Of a stretch of 64,000 nt of DNA, positions 52,744 through 64,000 are shown piece by piece. The notes under the pieces were generated by a model. It did no database searches. It saw only the letters and a list, made by a program, of their open reading frames with translations, and was not told the origin of the DNA. The position numbers and the translations under genes are program-made. Source of the DNA: Antechinus flavipes (Eukaryota); contig NC_067398.1 of NCBI RefSeq assembly GCF_016432865.1, positions 721,246,001 through 721,310,000 on the forward strand. The letters run 5' to 3'. Each line of letters begins with the position of its first letter. The stretch's first letter is position 1.

Positions 52744-55377
52744 ACGACTAGTCGGGAGGCCCCAGATCCAAATCCAGCCTACTCGCGGGGTGGCCCTGGG
52801 CAAGTCCCTTCCCCTGCTGCCTCAGTTTCCTCATCTGTCCGGTGAGTTGAAGAGGAAAAGGGCAAACCCTCTGCTCCCCTTGCCAAGCAAACCCCCAACG
52901 CGGTCGCAGAGGTCTCTCCCATCTGGGCCCGCGTGTGCCGGTGGGGATGTGGCTGGAGCCACGGCCTCCACCAGAGAGGGCGCCCACAGGACGAGGAGCA
53001 GCAGGGCCTTCGCCTTCCTCCAGGCCAGGGGTCGGGCTCGGGCCGATGATGGCGGAGCGCAGGGTCCGGGTGGCCGAGGAGCAGAGCGACGGGGGCCCAG
53101 CAGGGCGGAGGCCACAGAATGGACTGGGGGGCAGCCGGACTCCGCCTTCTGTGCCCGCGTTGGCGATTCAGAATGGGAGAGGAGGCCGGTGTGCCAGGTG
53201 GTGCCAGGCAAGGGCTGAGAGCCCCAGGGGCCCTCTCCTGCAGCCCACTCCCTGCCCCGGCCGCTGCCTGCCTGGGGGCTCCTGCTGCAGCCCGACCTGC
53301 CCTGACCCGCCCTCCCCTGCCTCCCTGCGGCCCCTTCCCGGCTCCCGCGCCCGGCCCCTGTCTCCCTAGCGACCGCCATCTGACTCCGTCTGGCCCGTCC
53401 TGGCCCGCCTAGTCCCGGGTGCGGACTCTGTTCCTACGGAAACACCAGCCAGCGCCAACCCCAGTAAGACTCTAGTAAACGCGACCTGTGAAAGGGGAGA
53501 ACAGGCAGCAAGAAAACTGGAAGGAACCTGGGGCCCTGTGAGGGAGAGGCGAGCCCACGGCGGCGGGGCTGCCCAGCCCGGTCTGAGTGGCGGCGGCGGC
53601 GGCCTGGCGCGGAGAGGGCCGCGGGCCCGAGGAAAAGCAGGGCCCCGCCGGGCCGGCCCCGGTCTTGCCCTCTAGATTCAGAGAGAGACAGACAGCAAAC
53701 ACAGCTCGGGTCAGTCAGGGAGGAGCGACGCGGAGCCGCGGCCGCCGTCCTGCAGGAGAGAGCTCGGTTAGCGGGCCCCGGAGATGGGGCGCCTCCCTCC
53801 ATCCCGCCCCCACGGCTGCTCCCAGGCACGCGGAAAGCAGGGCCTGGGGGCTTGGGGAGGGGGCGCCGTGTCCAGCCTCCAAGGTACTGAGGGTGAGTCC
53901 TGGGACCGGGGCCAGCGCTGCCCCCCTTAAAGTGTGACCTGCCCATAAAACTTCCCAAGAAAACTTCTCCGCCGCCCTGGAAGTGCTTTTGGTGGGGCTA
54001 ACAGCAGTGACACAAAGACCCCTTCTGTTCAGCGGGCAGGGGGCAGGCAGCGGGCGTGGAGGCCGGGGACCTCGGGAGGCCCGTTTGGAGCAGAACTTAC
54101 CGAGGCAGAGAGGGAGAAGCTCCCTGTTTTAACTAACCGCTCTCGTGAACCAGGCGGCCACGCGCCACTCCATTGTTTCTATGGGCTGAAAGTGCTGCCG
54201 GGGCCCCCTCTAAGTGTCAGCACCCCGCCAAGGAGCTCTGGCCGCCCCACCCTAGTTACAGCGCGGACCCAGGGCCCACCCCAAGACCCCAGAGGAAATG
54301 CTGCGGCCTGACCCTGGCGCCCATGGAAGTCCTGAGCATTGCTTATCCCCGACCAATGGGAACGGGGCCTCCGCCCACTGCCGCTCCTCGCGGAGTCTGC
54401 TGGGGACGCTTGGCGTCCATCGGCATCTTCGAGGGGACCTCAGGTTTCAGACACAGGGAGTTCAGGTTCTCTGAGCCCAAGGCACCCTGGGGATTATCGC
54501 ACTAAATGTAACAAATGGGGGCCATCCATAATGATGGGGAGACCAAGTGTCATCCGGGGGGAAACGGGCCCAGAGAGGAGGCGGGGCTGGCCCCAGGTCC
54601 CCCTCGAAGCCCGGCCCAAAGTGTCCTCCCGGGAGGGCGGAGACACCGTCCCCGAACACTTCCCGGAACCCGCTCTCTGCCGCGGCAGCTTCCAGCCAGC
54701 AGGAGCCAGACCCCACCGGCCGGAGACCTGGGCAGCTCTGGGAGGGGGAGGGGGCCGCAGACGGCCTTTCATTTGCCGTAACTATTTCCCAGTTGCATTT
54801 TAGTTTGACACCTCGATGCTACATCTTTCTTTCTTTTTTTGTTGAGGCAATGGGGCTTACGTGACTTGCCCAGGGTCTCACAGCTAGAAGGGCCTGGGGT
54901 CAGATTTGAACTCAGGTCCTCCTGACTTCAGGGCCACTGCTCTACCCACTGCCCCACCCGGCTGCCCCCACATTTTTCTACACCTGAGAAGTGGGAGGTC
55001 TGGCCCAGCCCATTCTTGGGCACGGGCCCCCCAAGCCGGGGGCCCCAGGGGGATACTGTGCCTCCATGGCCCCCAGTCCCCGACGGGCCCACGGCCGGGG
55101 CCCCCTGCAGAATCCCACCAGCACCCACGTCCCTGGAGGGCGGGGGCTCTGTTTCGGCGACTAACGGCTGGCAGGGAGCGCTTGCTGCCCATTTCCCACA
55201 GAGAGCACGGCCCGTGGAGAGGGGACGGCTCCGGGCTCCGGGATGAAGGGCGGGGGGGGGGCCAAGGTCACCTCCAAGGAAGCACCGGGACGTCGGCCCT
55301 AGGACAAGGAGGCTTCCCCGGGGAGCCGCTGCAGCCTGGGACCCCCCACCCCCAGAGGAAGCGGGCCGGGCCCTGAC

Positions 55378-55532
55378 CTCTCGCCTCGGGCAGCGCGGAG
55401 GGCGGCAGAGCGGATCCCATGCCTTCGGGCCCGGGGGCCTCCGTGGCCAGCCGCTGCCCCGCACACATGGACTTGAGCATCTGGAAGACGGCGAGGGGGG
55501 CCACGTTCAGCTTCAGCAGATCCACCAAGATC
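55378..55532 (-). CDS. MZT2: MZT2 exon 2 (ILVDLLKLNVAPLAVFQMLKSMCAGQRL...PEAR), 155 nt
   Basis: ACAG| acceptor, AGAG|GTCAGG donor; MOZART2 core motif. Confidence 0.97.
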
Positions 55533-57499
55533 CTGTGGGGAGAGTTCGGGGCGGCAGTCAGAGCCCGTCGGCTCCTGGGCCCAGTCTGCGAGCACAGACC
55601 CGGGGGCGGGGGGGGCTGCGACTGCACGCCGAGGGCGNNNNNNNNNNNNNNNNNNNNNNNNNNNNNNNNNNNNNNNNNNNNNNNNNNNNNNNNNNNNNNN
55701 NNNNNNNNNNNNNNNNNNNNNNNNNNNNNNNNNNNNNNNNNNNNNNNNNNNNNNNNNNNNNNNNNNNNNNNNNNNNNNNNNNNNNNNNNNNNNNNNNNNN
55801 NNNNNNNNNNNNNNNNNNNNNNNNNNNNNNNNNNNNNNNNNNNNNNNNNNNNNNNNNNNNNNNNNNNNNNNNNNNNNNNNNNNNNNNNNNNNNNNNNNNN
55901 NNNNNNNNNNNNNNNNNNNNNNNNNNNNNNNNNNNNNNNNNNNNNNNNNNNNNNNNNNNNNNNNNNNNNNNNNNNNNNNNNNNNNNNNNNNNNNNNNNNN
56001 NNNNNNNNNNNNNNNNNNNNNNNNNNNNNNNNNNNNNNNNNNNNNNNNNNNNNNNNNNNNNNNNNNNNNNNNNNNNNNNNNNNNNNNNNNNNNNNNNNNN
56101 NNNNNNNNNNNNNNNNNNNNNNNNNNNNNNNNNNNNNNNNNNNNNNNNNNNNNNNNNNNNNNNNNNNNNNNNNNNNNNNNNNNNNNNNNNNNNNNNNNNN
56201 NNNNNNNNNNNNNNNNNNNNNNNNNNNNNNNNNNNNNNNNNNNNNNNNNNNNNNNNNNNNNNNNNNNNNNNNNNNNNNNNNNNNNNNNNNNNNNNNNNNN
56301 NNNNNNNNNNNNNNNNNNNNNNNNNNNNNNNNNNNNNNNNNNNNNNNNNNNNNNNNNNNNNNNNNNNNNNNNNNNNNNNNNNNNNNNNNNNNNNNNNNNN
56401 NNNNNNNNNNNNNNNNNNNNNNNNNNNNNNNNNNNNNNNNNNNNNNNNNNNNNNNNNNNNNNNNNNNNNNNNNNNNNNNNNNNNNNNNNNNNNNNNNNNN
56501 NNNNNNNNNNNNNNNNNNNNNNNNNNNNNNNNNNNNNNNNNNNNNNNNNNNNNNNNNNNNNNNNNNNNNNNNNNNNNNNNNNNNNNNNNTCTCCCCCCTT
56601 CCCTGTGTTCCTACAGACACGGATGCACCCACGCACACAGAGGCAGCTCCTGAATGACAGCCGGGTGGGTGGGCCTGTTTCTGCTCCGCACACCCGGCTC
56701 TCTCTCTCTCTGTTTTTGCGACTCCCCCCGGCTGCGGCAGAGGGCGTGTCCAGGCCCGCACGACGCCCGGGGCCCCTCGGTCACCCTGGCCCGGGACGAG
56801 TACTCCCGGGGTCACCCGCACGCAGAGGGGGCCAGCCCCGCATCCCACGCCCCTCTACGGGGTCTCGGCTTCCATGCCACAGAGACAGGAAAGGAGGGGG
56901 TAGCTGGGAGCTTCCCGAGGGCAGACACCGCGGCCCTTGGCTCCCTGCCCGGCAAAGAGGAGGCGCTGAGGGCTGACGGGGGCCTGGCTGTTCCCCTTCC
57001 AGGATGGGAGCTCCGGGGAGGAGGCGGCGCCTTTGGCACTTCCCCAGCATCCCTCTATCCAGTGACCTGTTGTCAGTTACCCAAAATATGGAAGCACCAA
57101 GGGGGATGCTGGGAAATGTTTAACCACCACTGTACCCAATTTCCAGGGTCGTGAAACATTTTCCCATCACTTTCTTACGCCCGGACAATCGGGGAATCAG
57201 CCGGATGTGAGTGTCTGCCACTTCCAAGAAGTAAATATCCCCAGCGACAATTTAACGACCGGCTCTTGAAGCCAGAACCGCCCTAGTTCAGCCAGTGGGC
57301 CCGGGGCTGGGGGCGGCAGACCACCTTTCCTGGGGGAGAGTCAGAGGCGGCAGGCCCAGGCTTCGGGCAGACCTGAAACACCGGCCCCCGGAGCTGGGCA
57401 GCCCTCCCTCAGCTTTCTCCCCCATAAAATGGGGCACCAGCCCCTACCGCCCAGGGTTATTGGGAGGCAAGGGCTTGAGCACCATGCAGCCCGTCAATG

Positions 57500-58900
57500 C
57501 GCTTATCCCTGCCAGGAAGCCGGGAGATCCCAGCGCCGGGAGGACTCGGCTTGGAAGGAAAAGCCCAAAGAAATCCCGAGAAAGGGGGATGGTGGCCAGT
57601 CGGAGGCTCTCGGGCTCTCCCGGCCGCCGCCCCTCGGGAGTTCCCGGCACTGACTGCGCTCCCAAGGGAAGGTCCCTGGAGTCACCGCCGGGCGGAGGCT
57701 GCAAGAAGCCTCAGAGGCAGGAGGGCTGGCCCGGATGTTGGCAAGGGAGACTGGAATCCAGGTCCCGGCTGGGACATTTACGGGGCAGCCCTCCCCCAGC
57801 TCCAGTCCCCTCCCTCTCTCGGGCTTCCCGGGGGCCCTGCCCCCCACCCCTCCCGCTCTGAGCCCGAGGCTGCTCTGTCTCCAGCAGCGTCCCCGTTAGG
57901 TGCCTCCCAGAGCGCCCAGGCCTCTCCCTCCCTCCTCCCCCAGCCCTTCTGCCTCGGGGCTCCCTCCAGCCACCCCTCAGAGGACTCCTCCCCCCTCCCC
58001 GCCCTCCCTTCCCCTCCTCCCCCCGCCCCGCCCCCGCTCACTTGAAGACGTCGGGGTCTATGGCTCCCCCGGCCGCCAGGGCGAGCTCGTAGAGTTCAGT
58101 CTCCTCGGCGTTGAGAACCTTCTTCCGCCGCAGCGCCAGCTTCTGGATCGCGGCCTCCAGTCCCGGAGGGCCGGGCCCCGGTCCGCCCGCCCCGGGGCCT
58201 CCTCCGGGACCGGTCCCAGGGCCTGCCGCACCCCCGGCCCCTGCCGCCGCCGCCGCCGCTGCCGCCGCCGCCATCCGGGCCTGGGCCTAGACACCTTGCG
58301 CTTCAGCCCAGAGTTAGGCACGCCCTGTTCTGCAGGGGACTCGCCCCCAGCATCTGGAGCCAATACAGAGGCAGCCGCCAATGTCGGTCCCGCCCCCCAG
58401 GCCAGACCACGCCTCGGGAAAACCGCTAGTCGAGCGTCAGTGCCTCTGAGGCCCCGCCCCATACCCGGGCCCAACCCGGAGGTAGCCTGGCAGCGTCAGT
58501 CCCGCCCCCCCCACTAGGCCCCGCCCCTCAGAAGCGCTAGTCTTGCGTCATTCCGCGAGGCTCCGCCCCCGGCCTCCCTGTCCGCAGCCCCGCGGCTGGG
58601 CGGGGGTCCCTCCCACAAGTGCCGGTCCGGCCCTGGCGCTAACGTGGGGTCCATCCGCAGACCCCCCACAGGCGCTGGCTTGTTTACTGGGGGCTGGGGG
58701 CTCAGGGAACGCCGGGCCCCGTCCTCGGAGAGCGGACTTTCCGTCTCAGGAGACAGCCCGGGCCAGGGATCTGCTCTGGGCCGTCCCGGAGCCCGGCCCG
58801 TCTAGCCCGGCCTGGGCACTGCCTGGACGCCTGAGGTGGAGCGTGGACGCGGCAGATTGGATCCAAGCCAGACTTTCTGCAGCCACTTAAGTTTTCACGT
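57500..58900 (-). promoter_or_regulatory. MZT2: MZT2 promoter CpG island with GC boxes and three GCGTCA half-CRE motifs (about 58433, 58492, 58544)
   Basis: CpG density; motifs visible upstream of the ATG. Confidence 0.7.
58042..58274 (-). CDS. MZT2: MZT2 exon 1 (M-A10-Gly/Pro-rich...GLEAAIQKLALRRKKVL...IDPDVFK); total 176 aa
   Basis: AA|GTGAGC donor; 233+155+143 = 531 nt in frame. Confidence 0.96.
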
Positions 58901-60189
58901 CACTTTATTAATACACGATCTTCGCAACCGCCCTGGGAGGTGCTTCTGTACATCCCCACTCTACAGCTAAGGAAACCGAGGCACACGAGGGACTTGCCCG
59001 GCCCTAAGGGTCACGAAGTAGTCTCTCGGGACGGCAGGTCCGAGTTCTATCCCCTGGACCTCCTAGCTGCTTCCAAGTTAGGATCAATGCCGGGAGAAAT
59101 TCCCGTATTAGATCTCAAAGTGACCCAGGCGACCGGATGGCCCCCCTCCCCCTTAGGGAGAGTGGAGAGGACTTTTCGTTAAGCCCCGGCGGCCCGGCCG
59201 GTCTCTAAGGCACTTTCCAACGCTGCAGCCCATTTGAGGGGGACAGAGAGGCCGGTGATCACTAGGCCGACTTTAGATGGAGCCCCGATCTCCCAAGTAG
59301 AATAGACCTGACTCTCCCCCACCACGCCCCCACCTGCCAGCCCTTGTGACCTTGGCAAGCGCTCTCCTGTTTCCTCTGGCAGCTACACGGACACAGTTCC
59401 CTCCTCCCAGACTCCCTTCCCCTCCCTGTCTGGAGTGGCCGTTTCTGGGACTCTTCCTAGACTAGTCATCCTTGCTGAAATGGGAAGTCAATGCTCCAGG
59501 TACCCAACAGCATCTGGGCAGGGCAGAGGTGGCGGACCCTCACCTGCGGACTTTGGCGGGAAGGCCCTGCTGCCTTCCTCGCATTGACTTCCATTTCATA
59601 AAGGACTTTTTGCTGTCTGTCTGTGGCTCCTCCCTCCTGTACTTGGGAAACTGCCTTTTTGAGCTCAGGGGTAAGGATTTTTAAAAGGGATACCTCTTCC
59701 TTACGATTTTTTTTTTTTTTTAACAGCGTGGATTCATCCATCCGGGAGAGGCAGGCAACAAGCAATTTCTTAGTTACCATTTACCCCGCACCTTGCTAAA
59801 TGCTGGAGGATTCAAATCCAAAACAGTCCCTGCCCGCAAGGGCTTCCATTCTCACGAGGAAAGACTATATAAAAAAGGAGCTGAACCCTAAATGTGCACC
59901 GGGGAAGGGGAAAATGCAGACAAAGAAAGGTGGCTGACCTAGGTAGGTCCAGGTGGGGGGATGTTCCAGGAGGAGAAGGCCACAGCCAGGTATTAGCTCC
60001 CTCTCTCTCCCAGTTTCCTGTCCTCTAAAAATAGAAATACAGGTGGATTTGAAATAAGAAAGACATGAGTTCTCATCTGGCTTCACACACATACTAACTG
60101 CATGACTCTAGACAAGTCACTTAAGCTGTCTGCCTCAGTTTCCACAATTGTAAAATAGGGATAATAACAGAGCCTACCTATATGAATGT

Positions 60190-60735
60190 TATGGATTATC
60201 GCTCTGTAAGAATGATGAATACAGAGAGGCTTGGAGAGACTTACGTGAACTGATGCTAAGTGAAATGAGCAGAACCAGGAGATCATTAGATACCTCAACA
60301 ACGATACTGTTTGAGGATGTATTCTGATGGAAGTGGATCTCTCCGATAAAGAGAGCTTTAATTGATCAAAGATGGGCAGAAGCAGCTACACCCAGAGAAA
60401 GAACACTGGGAGATGAATATAAACTGCTTGCATTTTTGTTTTTCTTCGCGGGTTATTTCTACCTTCTGAATCCAATTCTCCCTGTGCAACAAGAGAACTG
60501 TTTGGTCCTGCACACATACATTGTATCTAGGATATACTGTAACCTATTTAACATGTAAAGGACTGTTTGCCATCTTGGGGAGGGGGTGGAGGAAGGGAGG
60601 GGAAAAATCGGAACAGAAGTGAGTGCAAGGGATAATGCTGTAAAAAATTACCCTGGCATGGGTTCTGTCAATAAAAAGTTATAATAATAATAAAAAAGAA
60701 AATAAAATGCATTGCCTACAAAAAAAAAACAAAAA
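60190..60735 (+). mobile_element. L1 3' end with A-tail, preceded by a MIR-like fragment (about 60050-60190), between MZT2 and SMPD4
   Basis: GAGAGACTTACGTGAACTGATGCTAAGTGAAATGAGCAGAACC L1 ORF2 end, 3' UTR and A-rich tail. Confidence 0.85.
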
Positions 60736-61149
60736 CAACAGAACCTTCCTCCTAGGGTTTGTCTAGGATCCAATGAATTAATATTTGTAGAACATCTACT
60801 AGCTTGACACATAGTAGGGGCTTTTGTTTCCTTCCTAACTCTATTTTTTATTCAAGTAAATGAATCAGTTTACAAACAGTAACAAATCACCTCCCACGGC
60901 TCCTGTGGTGCTAGGTGTGATAATAGGACAAAAGCGAAAGTCCCACGCTCAAGGACTTGCCAGAGATACACAGGTAAGGTTCAAAATAGCGACCTAATAG
61001 GCAAAAGGAGGGAGGGGAAAGATCCTTTGAAGTAGCTGTCTCCCACGGTTTCCAGGCCGCGTGCCCTCCTGTAAAACGTTATTTATTTTCTATTTCCTCC
61101 TAGGACAGAGGAGAGGTCCAGGTAAGGGGTAGGGACATTTGGAATGAAA

Positions 61150-62031
61150 GAAGCCTCCTGGAAGACGGAGGATCTCGGTGAGCCTGGAAGGAAGGGGGCC
61201 GGCCGGCCGCGCGCCACGAGGTGCCGGCTGAGCTCTGTGGGCTGAGACTGCCCCCCCGCAGTCGGGGGTCCCTCGGAACCCAAGATCTGGCATCTGGCCC
61301 ATTTCTGCGCCTCGTTTCCCGCTAAAGTCCCGCTTGCTCTCCCGCTGGCGTCGAGGGCTCGACAAAGGCCGGCGCCTTTATAACGTGCGTCCAGCCCGGT
61401 GGAGCAAAGGCTTGGCGCCTGGAGGGGGCGGGAGGAGGGGGGATGGGAGAAACGCGGGGGGAGGGGAGTCCGCTCGAGGGCAGCCCCGGCCTCCCGCGGC
61501 TCCTCCCGGAGGGGGCTGGGCGCCCCGCAGCCCCGGCTCCTTCCTGGTTTCACGGACTCCGCCCGGGAGTCCAGTGGGGTAAGCGGGCGAGGAAATCGAG
61601 GCAAGCCGGGCTCGCCGCCGGGAAACGGCTCTGCTCCAGCTCCGCGATCCCGAGCCCGGGCACGAACACCGCCCGCGGAAGCCGGGAGAGCAGCCTCTTG
61701 GCAGCCCAGGGAAAGGCCCTTACTGCGCCCGCGCAGTAAGGAACTCGGGCCCTCCCCCTTTCCCCTCCGGCGAGCGGTGCGCCAGTGCGCCAGCGTAAGG
61801 CGAAAGGGGGCGGAGGCAGAGGGGGAGGCCGACCGAGGCCGGAGCGCTGAGTACGCATGCGCACACCGAGCGGTTCTCCGGCGGCGCAGAGGGAGAGCCT
61901 TTGGCCTCTTCCCGCCATGTCGGGAGGCGGGGCTCGTCGCGCGGATTGATGACGTCGGCGAACGCGACCCGGGCTTCTTGGGATGGCGGCTGTGACTGGC
62001 GGAGAAGCGGCTCCGGCAGCTGGGCCTGCAG
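61150..62031 (+). promoter_or_regulatory. SMPD4: SMPD4 promoter CpG island and putative 5' exon ending at donor CAG|GTGAGC (62031)
   Basis: NRF1-like CGCATGCGCA (61854-61863), CRE-like TGACGTCG (61950), YY1-like GATGGCGGC (61982); TSS not determinable. Confidence 0.65.
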
Positions 62032-63830
62032 GTGAGCAAACGTGGAGCCCGCGCCACGTTCTGACGGGGAGCCAGGACCCCCATTCGTAGGAGCCGCGAC
62101 TCCCCGCCCCCACTCGGAGGGGTCAGAACCCTCTCATTCCAGGGTGGGGCACGCCCCCTGCCCCCCGAGCCTCCTCCCCAGTCCCTGAGACAGCGGCTCT
62201 GCCCTCTTGTGAGGGGGGCCACGGCCCCCCCTCCTGAGAGTACAGCCCCTGCCCCCCATGGTGAGGCTCCGGGACACCTGAGACGGGCGCCCCCCCACTA
62301 GCCCCCAATCTGAGGAGGTCAGAACGCCTGCGGTCCGGGGCGAGGCACGCCCCCTGCCCCCCATTGTGAGGTCCCGCCCTCATCACCCCTCCCCCCGCCG
62401 TCGGGATTTAGGGGCCGCGGCCCCCCTCGCCCGTTTTGGCGGAAACGTGAGGTTGTCGGTGCTGAGAGGCGCGGCCCCGACTCATAATTATGCTCCTGAA
62501 CCCTAACAGCCCCCCATTCCCACGTGACCCAGAAGAGCGCCCCCAAAAAGGGCCCAGAGGTAAACTTTCTGTGCGGCCACGTGCCCTGTCCTCTTCCCCC
62601 CAAAGCCCCTCCGCCCCCCATTCTGCCGCCCATGCCGACTACGGGCCCCCGGGCTGGGGCTGGATTCCGGAGGCCTGAGGAGCTGCGCCCCCCTCCCCCC
62701 AGCAGCCTGGGGAGACCCCTGTCCCTGTGCCGCGGGGCCGCTTGGGACTGAGCCGCTGACTCAGGGCCGGGCGGCCGGGCCCCGCTGGGGCCCTTCTTTC
62801 TTTCTGCGATGCTGGGGGTCGCTTGGGGGTCACCGTGGGTCTTCAGGGATGACCTGGGCCTGGGGGGGGTCACACTCCTGCCCCAGGGGAGGCAGGGACG
62901 GCACTGGCCGGGAACCGGCCCCGGAAGATGCTGAGATGGGAGAAATCCTCCTGAGACTTTGGACAAGGGCTGGGAACCGGATGGTGCAGGACGGGAGGAT
63001 GGCAGAGCAGCTCTCGCAGCCAGGGGGCGCTGTAGCGGGCAGAGCACCAGCCCCGGGCAGGAGGGCCTGAGTTCCAATCCGGCTGTGTGACCAGGGGCGG
63101 GGGCGGGGGCCTGCGGGAGCATCGCCTTAGATCATCCTCCGGCGGATTTCCCCGCGAAAGGCCCCGCTCTTGCCCCATTCAGCCTCTTCCCTGACCCTCG
63201 GTCCTGCCGCCTCAGGCCCCGCTGACTGCTCTCCTCGGGGGGCGCTCTGGCCTCTCGGTTCTGCCGTCTGACTCTTGACTCTTCTGCCAGAACATCCTGC
63301 GGCGCCAAATGGCTGCTGGGAGCTCTGAGCGCCATTAATATCCCGCAGGCCTCGGACTCCTCATGCCCGGACTGGGGCCCCCTCCCCCCACGGTCCTTTC
63401 TCTGCCCAGTTACCCGCCGCCCTTCCTGCGCTGGCCGGGTGCTGGGGGAGGAACAAGGGGCCCGGCGCGGGAAGGCGCTCGGGGCGGCCGCGGCCGTTTA
63501 GTCTTCGGCGGGCAGCCCGTGCGCTGACCCCGTCCCTACCCCCAGATACTGTGCCGTGCAGCGAGCAGTGCGCATTTATTAAGTGCCTACCGTGTGCCGG
63601 ACACAGCGCTAGCCACCACAGGTGCAGAGACAAGGCGAAGAACGACCGCTTCCCGGGAGCTGCCGACGGCGCCGGGCCCGGGCTCGGACACGCCTCGGAC
63701 CCTTCCGGCCAGGTCGGCCCCCCCCCCCCGGGCCCCGCCTGGGCTCAGCCGTGACTGAGCTCCCACGTCTCCCGGTTTTCCGCAGCGCTCTCCTGAAAGG
63801 CCTGCGCCGAGCGTCTCCCCGAGAGCTGTC

Positions 63831-63869
63831 ATGGCCCTTCCCCACGTGCAGCCGCCCAGCTTCCTCCTG
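63831..63869 (+). CDS. SMPD4: Neutral sphingomyelinase 3, first coding segment MALPHVQPPSFLL (exon 63786-63869); rest of gene lies outside the window
   Basis: Matches recalled human MAFPHLQQPSFLL; TTTTCCGCAG| acceptor and CTG|GTGAGT donor; head-to-head with MZT2 as in human. Confidence 0.85.
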
Positions 63870-64000
63870 GTGAGTGGCCGGCCTGGGGGGAGGGAGCGGG
63901 GAGCGCCCCCGGGCCTGCAGGGGGCGCCGTGCCGGAGCAGCCCTCCCTCGGGGGCACGGAAGCCCTCTGGCACCTGCGGCCTCCGGGGCCGGGCTCTGTG

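Noticed and set aside
49616-55464. Numerous 100-300 aa ORFs in MZT2 intron 2, including the GMLQVVQ repeat ORF 52325-53218
   Set aside because: GC-rich or VNTR-derived, with no recognisable domains or consistent splice signals.
61083-63973. 379-aa, 267-aa and other ORFs around the SMPD4 promoter
   Set aside because: CpG-island artefacts; the true coding segment is only 63831-63869.

Overview
Mammalian genomic DNA, almost certainly marsupial (MAR1-/WSINE1-like core SINEs, RTE/BovB-like and HAL1-like LINEs; species not determinable), with four N gaps. Four genes are supported by exon structure and protein motifs: the first coding exon of SLC7A4 (-; rest of gene lies left of the window), a complete 5-exon alpha-tubulin of the TUBA3 type (+, 450 aa), a complete 3-exon MZT2 (-, 176 aa) and the 5' end of SMPD4 (+). 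GC/CpG-rich blocks (about 1-6.7 kb, 35.4-36.5 kb, 45-64 kb) surround an AT-rich, transposon-packed block (about 7-44 kb). That block holds two degenerate ERV proviruses, ORF1-only L1-like (HAL1-type) elements, L1 and RTE fragments, a fossil CR1/L3 ORF1 with an SGNH-esterase signature and several unexplained exon-like islands. I found no clearly new biological system. The best leads are the CR1 esterase fossil, a steep intragenic GC3 gradient in TUBA3 with apparent GC-biased remodelling of repeats, the preserved SLC7A4-TUBA3-MZT2-SMPD4 synteny, the two ERVs and possible remnants of an unannotated or dead gene between SLC7A4 and TUBA3. Comparisons with human proteins and repeat consensuses are from memory and need database confirmation; most repeat boundaries are approximate.
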